Part shown: positions 35,492 through 45,213 of the stretch, one piece after another
Layout of the letters: each line of letters begins with the position of its first letter
How positions within the stretch are numbered: position 1 is the stretch's first letter
Source: Gammaproteobacteria bacterium UBA2675
GTDB taxonomy: Bacteria > Pseudomonadota > Gammaproteobacteria > Pseudomonadales > Pseudohongiellaceae
Direction of reading: 5' to 3'
Length of the DNA stretch: 64,000 nt
Assembly (NCBI GenBank): GCA_002354805.1
Contig: DEMH01000015.1
Coordinates: 116,021-180,020 of the forward strand
Program-made: the position numbers and the translations under genes
Notes under the pieces: generated by a model
Told to the model about the DNA's origin: nothing
The model's input: only the letters and a program-made list of their open reading frames with translations
Databases searched by the model: none

Positions 35492-35770
35492 CGGCTGTCA
35501 CTCCTTCAGGGCTTGCATGTGCTTGTTATGGCAGGGACTTTCTTGCCGCGAACTATACACCATCGGGCTGTCTGAGGGCCAGAAGCGTATGACTTTGCCG
35601 TATCCACCACTCGGCAGATCGATCATATGTTCGCTTTAATGGGCGATTGCGGTAACATCAAAGGATAAGATCATTTGCCTTGCCGGTCGTTTTCACAAGG
35701 GCATTATTGATTACAGTAAACCAGAGATGTTTACGCCTAATATGACGTTTTATGTTGATAGGGGAGTGGT

Positions 35771-37636
35771 ATGTTAAAACACAGTCGGCGCTTGCTCGCA
35801 TCGCTGTTCGCAGGCTCATTGCTGGCCAATGTCTCATTGGTGGCTGGTGTTCAGGCAGCGGAAAATCTGGATGGTGACAGTCTTTATACCCAGTACTGTG
35901 CCATGTGTCATACCGCCCCCCAGGATGACCGGACACCACCACGCGACTCACTGACAACCTATACCGCAAACAGCATTTTTCAAGCTTTGACTGAAGGCAT
36001 CATGCAACCGCAGGGAGCCGCGCTGACGGCCGAACAGCGAATTGCCCTGTCCGAATTTCTGGCGGGTGAACCGATGCGCGAGGAGAGCACTGAAATGTCC
36101 CTCGCATCTTCCCGCTGTGAACTGCCCATGCCGGAATTCGACCTGTCACTAGCCAGTAACTGGAATGGCTGGGGTAATGGTTTGAGCAATCCCCGCCACC
36201 AGGCTGCGACGGGCACCTCCATTAATGCCAGCAATATTGATCAGCTGGAGCTGGTCTGGGCATACGGGCTGGAAAACGCCTCCGTCGCGCGTGCTCAGCC
36301 GACTATCATTAATGATGTGATGATCCTGGGTAGCACCAGTGGTGAAGTGCGTGCCATGAATCTGGATACCGGTTGTGATTACTGGACGTATGAGGCGCCG
36401 CGCGAAGTACGCGCGGCGGTCACTATCGCGTTCTCCAGTACACACGATACCTGGCTGGCTGTGATCGCCGATGTCTCGAACCAGCTTCATGTCCTCGATG
36501 CGCGGACTGGTGAGCTGAAGTGGAGTGCAGAGGTTGATCCGCATCCCTACGCTGTGAGCACAGGCTCGCCGGTTGTGTATGACAACAAAATATTTGTGCC
36601 GGTGTCTTCGGCAGAAGTCAGTGCTGCCGGCCGACCTGACCATCACTGCTGTACTTTCCGTGGCAATGTGGCGGCGTTTGATCTCGATACGGGTATCAAG
36701 CTGTGGCATACCTATGTCATGGAGGAAGCGACACGGGTTGGCGAAAACAGTCTCGGCAACCCTTTCTATGCACCCTCGGGCGCGCCTATCTGGCAGGCTC
36801 CGAGCATTGATCCGGAGCGCCGCATCGTCTATGCGGGTACCGGACAGAACTACAGTCGCCCGGCCAGCAACAGCAGTGACTCTGTGATTGCCTTTAACAT
36901 GGACAGTGGTGATATCGAATGGATCCATCAGACGACACCCGACGATGCTTTCACCATGGCCTGTGCGCTGGGGCGAGAGCATCCCAACTGCCCGGATGCT
37001 GGTCCGGATGTCGACATCGGTGCGCCCATCGTGACAACCACCCTGTCCAACGGGCAGGATATTGTAGTCGCCGGCACCAAGGGTGCGGTCGTGGTCGGAC
37101 TGGATCCGGATAACAATGGCGAATTGCTGTGGTCAACACGCGTTGGCCGTGGCGGAGCCCTGGGTGGCATCCACTGGGGCATGAGTTTTGATGGTGATGT
37201 GCTGTATGTGCCGGTTTCTGATCGCGGAGGCCTGACCAACAACGGTGTCACACCGATGCCAGGTCTGCACGCTGTGGACATGAAAACTGGTGAAGTGCTC
37301 TGGTACGCACCGGCACCCGAGCGCTGCCAGGAAGGGCAGCAGGGCTGCATGGAGGCCTATTCTGGCCCGGTTACCAGCGGTGACGATGTTGTGATTGCCA
37401 GTTCACTGAATGGTCATCTGTTTGCGCACGATGCGCAGACCGGTGAGCTGGTCTGGGAATTCAACACGGTTCAGGACTATCAGACCATCAATAATGTGGA
37501 GACACGCGGTGGTTCCATCGATGCCACCGGTCCAGTCCTGTCTGGCGAATACATGGTAGTGAGTTCCGGTTACGCAACATTCAGCCAGATGCCCGGCAAT
37601 GCGATTCTGGTGTTCAAGCTGCGATCTGAACAATAA
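35771..37636 (+). CDS. periplasmic dehydrogenase with an N-terminal cytochrome c domain and a PQQ-type beta-propeller (polyvinyl-alcohol-dehydrogenase-like architecture)
   Basis: Signal peptide; CAMCH heme motif at about residue 43; repeated W-containing propeller blades (GELKWSAEV, GIKLWHTYV, GELLWSTRV, GEVLWYAP, GELVWEFN). Confidence 0.75.
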   Translation: MLKHSRRLLASLFAGSLLANVSLVAGVQAAENLDGDSLYTQYCAMCHTAPQDDRTPPRDSLTTYTANSIFQALTEGIMQPQGAALTAEQRIALSEFLAGEPMREESTEMSLASSRCELPMPEFDLSLASNWNGWGNGLSNPRHQAATGTSINASNIDQLELVWAYGLENASVARAQPTIINDVMILGSTSGEVRAMNLDTGCDYWTYEAPREVRAAVTIAFSSTHDTWLAVIADVSNQLHVLDARTGELKWSAEVDPHPYAVSTGSPVVYDNKIFVPVSSAEVSAAGRPDHHCCTFRGNVAAFDLDTGIKLWHTYVMEEATRVGENSLGNPFYAPSGAPIWQAPSIDPERRIVYAGTGQNYSRPASNSSDSVIAFNMDSGDIEWIHQTTPDDAFTMACALGREHPNCPDAGPDVDIGAPIVTTTLSNGQDIVVAGTKGAVVVGLDPDNNGELLWSTRVGRGGALGGIHWGMSFDGDVLYVPVSDRGGLTNNGVTPMPGLHAVDMKTGEVLWYAPAPERCQEGQQGCMEAYSGPVTSGDDVVIASSLNGHLFAHDAQTGELVWEFNTVQDYQTINNVETRGGSIDATGPVLSGEYMVVSSGYATFSQMPGNAILVFKLRSEQ

Positions 37637-37679
37637 CTCGAAAAATAACAAAACAGTCTGCTGTGAGCAGGGGGAATAG

Positions 37680-39854
37680 ATGAACAAACAAACACACTTG
37701 GGTCTGGTGGCGGCTGCCGCCTTGCTGTTGGCAGCCTGTGGTCCTGCAGAGCAGACTGCGCCCGCGCAAACGCAAAGTGCACCGGTGGACGTGCCATCCT
37801 ATCCGGCCTATCAGGCGTCCGTGACTACTGAACGACTGGTTAACGCTGATAACGAACCCGGCCAGTGGATGTCCACTGGACGCACATACTGGGAGCAACG
37901 CTACTCACCGCTGGATCAGATCAACGAAGACACTGTCGCGGATCTGGGGCTGGTGTGGGCGGCAGATCTCGATACCAGCCGAGGTCAGGAAGCAACACCC
38001 ATCATGGTGGATGGTGCTCTCTACGTCACCACCGCCTGGAGTATGGTGAAAGCCTATGATGCCCGCACAGGCGAGCTGCTCTGGGAGTTTGATCCGGAAG
38101 TGGATCGAGCGCGAGGCGTTGACGCCTGTTGTGACGTGGTCAATCGTGGCGTTGCAGTGTGGGATGGCAAAGTCTTTTTCGGCGCGCTGGATGGTCGACT
38201 GATTGCGCTTGACGCCGACACCGGCGAACAGGTGTGGAGCGTGGTAACCACGGATCAGAGCCAGCCCTATACCATCACCGGCGCGCCGCGCATCATTGAT
38301 GGCAAGGTCATTATCGGCAATGGCGGTGGTGAATACGGCGTACGTGGTTACATCACCGCCTATGATGCCAACAATGGCGACGAAATGTGGCGCTTCTTCA
38401 CGGTACCGGGCAATCCTGAGGATGGATTTGAACAGCCGGAACTGGAATGGGCGGCTGATACCTGGACCGGTGAGTGGTGGGTCATGGGTGGCGGTGGCAC
38501 CGTCTGGGACTCCATGGCCTACGATCCCGATTCAAACCTGCTCTACATCGGTGTGGGCAACGGTTCTCCCTGGAACCAGTCACTGCGCAGCCCCGGCGGC
38601 GGTGATAACCTGTTCCTGACCTCAATTGTGGCGGTCAATCCTGATGACGGCAGTTACGTCTGGCACTATCAGACCGTACCTGGCGAGACCTGGGACTATA
38701 CGGCTACCCAGCAGATCATCGTAGCTGACCTGAATATCGGGGGTGAAACACGTCGGGTTGTGATGCAGGCGCCCAAAAATGGTTTCTTCTATGTCCTGGA
38801 TGCTTTGACGGGACGTCTGCTGTCTGCCGAGAACTTTGTACCGGTCACCTGGGCCAGCCATATTGACCTGGAAACCGGCCGACCCGTCGAAATTCCTGAG
38901 GCGCGCTACAACGAAACAGGTGTGCCAGTCATTGTGTCGCCCGGAGCGCTGGGTGGACACAACTGGTATCCCATGTCATTCAGCCAGAAAACCAATCTGG
39001 TTTATCTGCCAGCAACCGAAAATTATATGGGTTACGTTGCCCAGCCCGAATTCGAGAGATCAGAGCGCGGCTGGAACACTGGTACCGACATGGCTGAAGG
39101 CGCACGTCTGGTAGCAGCGGCCGGCGACGCCGCGCCGCAGCGCAGTGCCTACCTGCTGGCCTGGGATCCGGTAGCGCAGCGCGAGGTGTGGCGTCAGCCG
39201 CAGCTGGTGCCGACTGCAGCAGCCGGTGTGATGTCCACTGCCGGCGGCCTGGTATTCCAGGGCAATGCGGCTGGCGAATTTGTTGCCTATCGCGATACCG
39301 ATGGTGAGCGCCTGTGGTCGCATATCACGCAATCCCACACCGTTGCCGCGCCGATCAGCTACATGCTGGATGGCACGCAGTATGTTGCGGTAGTGACAGG
39401 TTCACGCGCCTTGCCACAGGTTGGACCGGGGGCGATTGGATCTACCACGCGTGAATCCAGCAACAACTCCCGTGTGCTGGTCTACGCACTGTCCGGCGAC
39501 CACCAGTTGCCGACAGAAATCGCGGTAGCGGAAGAGCAGGAGCTGAATCCTCCTGCGCTGGTTGCCAACAATGAGATGCTGGCTCAGGGCGAGCAGACTT
39601 ACGGTCGCTTCTGTAGCGTCTGTCACGGTAACAATGCGGCCAGTGATGGCGCCGGCGTGTTCCCGGATCTGCGTTACTCCGATCGTCTACATGACCTTGA
39701 GGAGTGGGATGCTGTAGTGCTGGAAGGTGAACTGGCTGATGGCGGCATGGTCTCATTCGCCGGCCAGCTGGAAGCGTCGGACTCTGCCGCTATCCGGCAA
39801 TATGTCATTTCCCGTGCGATTGCGCTGTCAGATGAGCTGCGCTCACAACAGTGA
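37680..39854 (+). CDS. PQQ-dependent quinohemoprotein alcohol dehydrogenase (type II, C-terminal cytochrome c domain), predicted lipoprotein
   Basis: Lipobox LLLAAC; vicinal Cys pair DACCDVVNRG; blades GELLWEFDP and GEQVWSV; C-terminal CSVCHG heme motif. Confidence 0.9.
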   Translation: MNKQTHLGLVAAAALLLAACGPAEQTAPAQTQSAPVDVPSYPAYQASVTTERLVNADNEPGQWMSTGRTYWEQRYSPLDQINEDTVADLGLVWAADLDTSRGQEATPIMVDGALYVTTAWSMVKAYDARTGELLWEFDPEVDRARGVDACCDVVNRGVAVWDGKVFFGALDGRLIALDADTGEQVWSVVTTDQSQPYTITGAPRIIDGKVIIGNGGGEYGVRGYITAYDANNGDEMWRFFTVPGNPEDGFEQPELEWAADTWTGEWWVMGGGGTVWDSMAYDPDSNLLYIGVGNGSPWNQSLRSPGGGDNLFLTSIVAVNPDDGSYVWHYQTVPGETWDYTATQQIIVADLNIGGETRRVVMQAPKNGFFYVLDALTGRLLSAENFVPVTWASHIDLETGRPVEIPEARYNETGVPVIVSPGALGGHNWYPMSFSQKTNLVYLPATENYMGYVAQPEFERSERGWNTGTDMAEGARLVAAAGDAAPQRSAYLLAWDPVAQREVWRQPQLVPTAAAGVMSTAGGLVFQGNAAGEFVAYRDTDGERLWSHITQSHTVAAPISYMLDGTQYVAVVTGSRALPQVGPGAIGSTTRESSNNSRVLVYALSGDHQLPTEIAVAEEQELNPPALVANNEMLAQGEQTYGRFCSVCHGNNAASDGAGVFPDLRYSDRLHDLEEWDAVVLEGELADGGMVSFAGQLEASDSAAIRQYVISRAIALSDELRSQQ

Positions 39855-40351
39855 GCACTACTTACTATAGTGTCTATGAATCTCCGGTCGGCAGTCTGCT
39901 GCTGGCCGGAGATGGAAGTGCACTGAGGCTGATTGGTTTTCCCTCTGGCAAGGCTGCGCGTCAGCCTCAACCTGATTGGATGCGTCGTAATGAAGCATTC
40001 AAACAGGTAAAGCAACAGCTTCAGGCTTACTTCGCCGGTGAGTTAAAATCTTTTGATCTGAATCTGGCGCCGCAGGGCACTGATTTTCAACGCCAGGTCT
40101 GGCAGGCCCTGCAACAGATTCCCTATGGCGCCACAGCCAGTTACGGTGACATCGCCAGGCAGATAGGCAGGCCTGATGCCAGCCGTGCAGTTGGTGCAGC
40201 CAATGGGCAGAATCCCATCCCGATAGTCATTCCCTGCCACCGCGTTATTGGCAGTGACGGCTCATTAACCGGGTTTGGGGGAGGGCTGGCCTGCAAGCGG
40301 CAGTTGCTGGTGCTCGAACAGCAGCACTCGCCGTTCGATTTATTCGGTTAA
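39851..40351 (+). CDS. ogt: methylated-DNA--protein-cysteine methyltransferase
   Basis: Active-site motif IPCHRVIG; GTGA start/stop overlap with the upstream dehydrogenase gene. Confidence 0.9.
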   Translation: MSTTYYSVYESPVGSLLLAGDGSALRLIGFPSGKAARQPQPDWMRRNEAFKQVKQQLQAYFAGELKSFDLNLAPQGTDFQRQVWQALQQIPYGATASYGDIARQIGRPDASRAVGAANGQNPIPIVIPCHRVIGSDGSLTGFGGGLACKRQLLVLEQQHSPFDLFG

Positions 40352-40369
40352 CTGATTGACAGGCCGGGC

Positions 40370-41347
40370 TTAGCTTCTACTGGCGTGTGTCTGGTTGCGT
40401 CCTGCGTTTTTGGCCAGATAAAGCGCCTGGTCGCTCTTTTCTATCCACGCCTGATAGGCGTTCATTTCAGCGTCGAGCGCGCTGATGCCCAGACTTACTG
40501 TTACACGCAGGCATTTTTCTTCCCATTCTATTACTGTATCGGCGAGTTTTTTACGCAGACGCTCCGCGTAGATCAATGCCTGGTCGATATCGGTTTCGGG
40601 CAGAATGATGCCAAATTCTTCGCCACCGTAGCGACCAGCGGTATCTGTAGAGCGCCGAAAGCGTTTAAGCAGTCGGCCCACCACCCTCAGAACCTCATCA
40701 CCGGCCTGATGACCATGTGTGTCATTGAATTCCTTGAAGTGGTCGATATCAAACATGATCAGACAGGCAGGCCGCTGGCTGCGCTGGCAACGCATGAATT
40801 CCTGCTCAAGGCATTCTTCCCAATAGCCACGGTTAAAGACACCTGTCAGCTTGTCGGTACGACTGACACGCTTGAGCGTGTCATTGGCGGCCTCCAGCTC
40901 CTTTTTCCGGGTGGCTATTTCAGTCACGTCATAGATCAGCAGACAGACCTGGGAAACCGTGTTATTGAGTCCATGAAGCGGGATCAGCGTGACGTTCTGG
41001 TACATCTTGCCTGAGTGACCTGTCAGCGGACGTGTGCTCTTGAAATCAAATAGTCTGGGATGTTCCTCCCAGGTGCAGAACGCCCGGCTCTGAAGCTTGA
41101 AAACAGAGTCAATTTTCCGGGTCAGCCAGCTGCGCGGCAGGTCAGGAAACAGCTCGAACAGATTGCGTTCACGGGCGTCACTGATGGGGATGCCGCTGTG
41201 GTTCTCCATGAAGCTGTTCCACAACTGTACGTTGTAATTCTCGTCCAGCAGGATCAGGCCGTTGTCGAGTGTCTGCAACAGTTGCATCAGCAGATGCAGG
41301 CGTTGAGTGCTGTCAGGGGATTCGGATGACATTGTCTGAAGTGGCAT
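40370..41347 (-). CDS. PAS-domain diguanylate cyclase (GGDEF)
   Basis: N-terminal PAS domain (LDNGLILLDENYNVQLWNSFMENHSG); GGDEF domain with DIDHFKEFNDTHGHQAGD, I-site RSTD and active-site GGEEF. Confidence 0.9.
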   Translation of the reverse strand: MPLQTMSSESPDSTQRLHLLMQLLQTLDNGLILLDENYNVQLWNSFMENHSGIPISDARERNLFELFPDLPRSWLTRKIDSVFKLQSRAFCTWEEHPRLFDFKSTRPLTGHSGKMYQNVTLIPLHGLNNTVSQVCLLIYDVTEIATRKKELEAANDTLKRVSRTDKLTGVFNRGYWEECLEQEFMRCQRSQRPACLIMFDIDHFKEFNDTHGHQAGDEVLRVVGRLLKRFRRSTDTAGRYGGEEFGIILPETDIDQALIYAERLRKKLADTVIEWEEKCLRVTVSLGISALDAEMNAYQAWIEKSDQALYLAKNAGRNQTHASRS

Positions 41348-41359
41348 GCAGGTGTCTCA

Positions 41360-42370
41360 TCAATCGGACGCACTGATCAGCTGAACGCGACTGGTCAGTG
41401 CGGGTATGGAATCGGAAGTCAGCAACAACAGCAGGTGACACTCCAGAACCGGATGCATCATCTGATAGGTGATGGTGACGGCGAGCACATCCTGTTCGTT
41501 GTGCTCACTGTCCAGTAATTCAGCGCATTGCAGATTGTGGCCCAGCACAGCAGGGTAGCTATGGTTGAAATCCAGATCGAGCTGCTGGCTGATGCCTTTC
41601 AGACAGGCCCCGACCAGTAGTTCAGACAGATCAGTCAGAATACCGGCTTCGCTGTCAGCCTGCTCGGGCAAATCACTGGCAACCAGTGTGCGCAGTTTGC
41701 TCATCTGGTCGGTCCGCATCAGCAGCACACCCTCGCCAGCGATGCCATTGCCACTGAAGCCGTGGGATACCGCACTCATGCCGGTTCCATCTGCATAGCT
41801 GAGGTGTCGCGGCAATGTTTTATAGGAACACTCCAGTACATCGGGGACCGGCAGCCCTATAAAGGTGTCGAGCAGGTCACTTAGGTGGCTGCCAGCCTGT
41901 CCCATGGCGACGTTGATGACTTCGCGGAAAGCCTCCTTGAAGTCAGGTGATTGCAGCGTGTCACCGTCAACAATGTGAGCGTGGGCGTCTTCATTGGCAG
42001 CGGCATCATAGATGCCATAGCGCTCGAGCAGCTCCTGAATCTGATCAGCGGTCACTGGCTTTTTGATGAAGTCCAGTGCCCCCTTGGACATGACGCGCCG
42101 TCGAGCCTCTGCCTGTATATCGCCTGAAACCACCAGTACCAGTGTTGGCAGGTCTTCCTGGCGAATGATTTCCAGCACTTCGTAGCCGTTCATTACCGGC
42201 ATGTTGAGATCCAGAAACAGCAGGTCGCCCTTGCCCTGGCGGATCATGTCGATGGCTTCCTGGCCGTTCTCGGCAAAGGTGATTTCTACATCCCAGTGTT
42301 CCGGGAGTGATCGTGCCATCTGGCGTCGTGCCAGTCTGGAGTCGTCACATATTAGTACTGGTAAGGTCAT
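41360..42370 (-). CDS. response regulator: CheY-like receiver fused to a CheC/CheX-like domain
   Basis: Receiver: VLICDDS...DLLFLDLNMPVMNG...VVSGD...DFIKKP. The C-terminal ~190 aa contains E-x3-E-x2-N-x22-P (EAFREVINVAMGQAGSHLSDLLDTFIGLPVP), which resembles the CheC phosphatase motif. Confidence 0.75.
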   Translation of the reverse strand: MTLPVLICDDSRLARRQMARSLPEHWDVEITFAENGQEAIDMIRQGKGDLLFLDLNMPVMNGYEVLEIIRQEDLPTLVLVVSGDIQAEARRRVMSKGALDFIKKPVTADQIQELLERYGIYDAAANEDAHAHIVDGDTLQSPDFKEAFREVINVAMGQAGSHLSDLLDTFIGLPVPDVLECSYKTLPRHLSYADGTGMSAVSHGFSGNGIAGEGVLLMRTDQMSKLRTLVASDLPEQADSEAGILTDLSELLVGACLKGISQQLDLDFNHSYPAVLGHNLQCAELLDSEHNEQDVLAVTITYQMMHPVLECHLLLLLTSDSIPALTSRVQLISASD

Positions 42371-42767
42371 CCGTGGGTGGTTCCGATACGTTGCAGGCAG
42401 TCGATGTCAAAAGCTCGCTACTGTAACACACTGTGACAAATTTAGGTAAAGACAAGCGACAGAATTCGGGATTATACTTCGCCCAACTCTATTGAGTAAC
42501 TACACAGGAGTAGATTTCCATGAAGCTGGTACGACTAAAGATAGCAGCAGCCTGGTGAGACAAGGAGTGTTGTGAATTTAATGTGATCGCTCCGCATCGA
42601 CGCATTTCACTTTCTCATTAAACCCCGCCTCATTGTTTCACCTTCGGTATTAAACCCGGGTTCCACATACCCGACCTTTTGTATTTCCGACCAGTCAGAG
42701 TTTTCAGCACATCGGAATGAAGCCGACAGCGGCTGGCGCGACTGCGTCCGACGACCGGATTTGAAAC

Positions 42768-44168
42768 ATGTTTGCAAAATTAAAAGCAGGTCTGAGCCTG
42801 TTCAAACAAGCGCTGGTGGGTAACGCCAGCATCAACTACACAGAAGGCTCGATCGCACGCGCCACCTTCCTGTTGTCCGTTCCCATGATTCTGGAAATGG
42901 CCATGGAATCGGTGTTCGCGATCGTGGATATCTTTTTTGTTGCAGGTCTCGGAGCAGATGCGGTTGCTACCGTTGGCCTGACCGAAGCAGTAATCTCTCT
43001 GCTGTATGCCGTCGCGATTGGCATCAGTATGGCCGCAACCGCACTGGTGGCACGGCGAATCGGTGAGCAGAACAAACTCGCTGCAGCGCAGGCGGCCGGG
43101 CAGGCGCTGTGGATTGGTCTGTTTGTATCGAGCGTAGTGGGGGTGCTCGGGTTCTTTTACGCTGATCGCATTCTTGCCTTGATGGGTGCCAGTGACAATG
43201 TCATCGCCACGGGCGAAACCTATACGCGCATCATGTTCAGTGGCGCGTTCACTATTGTTTTTCTGTTCCTCAACAATGCCATCTTCCGGGGTGCGGGTGA
43301 TGCCAGTATCGCCATGCGTTCGCTGGTCCTGGCCAACGGGATCAACATTGTGCTGGACCCAATGCTGATTTACGGCTGGGGTCCGTTCCCGGAAATGGGG
43401 CTGACGGGTGCTGCTGTTGCCACCAATATTGGCCGTGGCGTCGGGGTTGCCTACCAGCTTTATTATCTGTGCTCGCACAACCGCCGTATTCGGGTGGCTT
43501 TGTCTGATCTGGTACTCAGACTCGGCATTGTGTTGCAGCTTTGCCGGATATCAGTTGGTGGTATTGCGCAGTACCTGATTGCGACAGCGAGCTGGGTGTT
43601 TTTGATGCGTCTGGTCTCGCTGAACAGTGCCGATGCAGTGGCAGGTTACACGATTGCCATCCGTGTCATTCTGTTTGTGATCCTGCCGTCCTGGGGCCTC
43701 AGTAATGCTGTTGCGACCCTGGTGGGGCAGAACCTGGGGGCCGGCAAACCAGATCGGGCAGAACGCACAGTCTGGCAGGTGGCGCGTTACAACCTGATGT
43801 ACATGGGATCAGTGGCGCTGGTGCTGATACTGATGCCGTCCTGGGTCATGAGCTTTTTCAGCCAGGACCCCGAGGTAGTCAGAAACGGCATCCAGAGCCT
43901 GCGTATCCTCAGTTATGGTTTTGTCTTTCTGGCGATAGGCTCAGTGGTAACACAGGCGTTTAACGGCGCCGGTGACACCATGACCCCGACCTGGATGAAC
44001 GTAACCGCCTTCTGGATCGTGCAGATTCCACTTGCCTGGAGCCTTTCCCAGGGAGCCGGCTGGGGGCCAGAGGGTGTATACTGGTCTGTCTTTATTGCCG
44101 ATGCCACGATGAGTGTTCTGGGCATTGTGCTGTTCATGCGGGGCAGCTGGAAGACGCGCTATGTCTGA
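42768..44168 (+). CDS. MATE family efflux transporter (NorM-like)
   Basis: 466 aa, 12 TM helices, typical N-terminal PMILEMAMESVFAIVDIFFV and an internal repeat. Confidence 0.9.
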   Translation: MFAKLKAGLSLFKQALVGNASINYTEGSIARATFLLSVPMILEMAMESVFAIVDIFFVAGLGADAVATVGLTEAVISLLYAVAIGISMAATALVARRIGEQNKLAAAQAAGQALWIGLFVSSVVGVLGFFYADRILALMGASDNVIATGETYTRIMFSGAFTIVFLFLNNAIFRGAGDASIAMRSLVLANGINIVLDPMLIYGWGPFPEMGLTGAAVATNIGRGVGVAYQLYYLCSHNRRIRVALSDLVLRLGIVLQLCRISVGGIAQYLIATASWVFLMRLVSLNSADAVAGYTIAIRVILFVILPSWGLSNAVATLVGQNLGAGKPDRAERTVWQVARYNLMYMGSVALVLILMPSWVMSFFSQDPEVVRNGIQSLRILSYGFVFLAIGSVVTQAFNGAGDTMTPTWMNVTAFWIVQIPLAWSLSQGAGWGPEGVYWSVFIADATMSVLGIVLFMRGSWKTRYV

Positions 44169-44228
44169 GGAATCTGTCATCGCTGCGTTGAACGTAGTAT
44201 CGCTCAAACTCAAAATGTCAGGATAGTT

Positions 44229-45203
44229 ATGCAAAGCAGTCAACACCACATCATCAACCGGGTCGCCGCCTGGCTTCGTCAGGATAAAGCCGTCTGGTTA
44301 TGTACCATCCTCAAGACCTGGGGTTCGTCACCGCGCCCTGTCGGCGCCATGATGGCCTGCACGCCGGACGGCGAGCTGGTCGGGTCGATTTCTGGTGGCT
44401 GTATTGAAGAAGACTTTTTGCAGCAGCTCCGGGACGGCAGCCTGAAGCAACAATACCAGGAAAATCCCAGGCCCTTTGTGGTTCACTATGGCGTGTCCGC
44501 TGAAGAGCAGGCGCGCCTGCGCCTTCCCTGTGGTGGACAACTGCACGTGCTGGTAGAGTTCCTGGCGCCGGACGACGCACAGCGCCAGGTTTTCGATGCG
44601 CTGGACCAGGCGCTCAACAACCATCGTCCCATCAGCCGTCGCGTTGACCTGGCCTCCGGAACGGTGACCACACTTGATGAAACCTCGGACGAGGCGGTGC
44701 TGGTTGATGAGCAACAGATGATCCACAGTCTCAGTCCGCGCTACAAACTGCTGTTGCTGGGTGCCGGAGATGTCGCCCGCTATGTGGCAGAACTGGCACT
44801 GGTAATGGACTATGAGGTGACGCTTTGTGATCCACGCCCCGCCTACCTGGACAACTGGCACGTCGAGGGGGTGCACCTGTCGACAGAGTTGCCGGACGAT
44901 CTGGTACGTGATGGGTTCAGCGATCCCTACAGCGGCATCATTGCCCTGGCGCATGATCCGCGTGTTGATGATATGGCATTGATGGAAGCCCTGAAAACGC
45001 CGGCATTTTATATTGGCGCTATGGGCTCTGACCGGACCTCTTCCAATCGACGCGAGCGACTGCCGGAACTGGGACTGTCTGAGGACGAGATCAATCGGCT
45101 GCATGCGCCGATTGGTTTCCAGATTGGCAGCAAAACCCCGGCTGAGATCGCAATCGCGATCCTTGCCGAGGTTACTGCGGTCAGGCATGGACTAAAAGCC
45201 TGA
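44229..45203 (+). CDS. XdhC/CoxI family molybdoenzyme maturation accessory protein
   Basis: N-terminal XdhC_CoxI segment (LCTILKTWGSSPRPVGAMM) and a C-terminal Rossmann-like segment (KLLLLGAGDVARYVAELA). Confidence 0.8.
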   Translation: MQSSQHHIINRVAAWLRQDKAVWLCTILKTWGSSPRPVGAMMACTPDGELVGSISGGCIEEDFLQQLRDGSLKQQYQENPRPFVVHYGVSAEEQARLRLPCGGQLHVLVEFLAPDDAQRQVFDALDQALNNHRPISRRVDLASGTVTTLDETSDEAVLVDEQQMIHSLSPRYKLLLLGAGDVARYVAELALVMDYEVTLCDPRPAYLDNWHVEGVHLSTELPDDLVRDGFSDPYSGIIALAHDPRVDDMALMEALKTPAFYIGAMGSDRTSSNRRERLPELGLSEDEINRLHAPIGFQIGSKTPAEIAIAILAEVTAVRHGLKA

Positions 45204-45213
45204 CCGTTCGCAA

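Noticed and set aside
42600-42767. Possible guanidine (ykkC-type) riboswitch upstream of the MATE pump, prompted by CCCGGGTTCC and GTCCGACGACCGG strings.
   Set aside because: Only short chance similarities were found. The characteristic conserved helices and ACGR loops could not be assembled. A covariance-model scan is needed before any claim.
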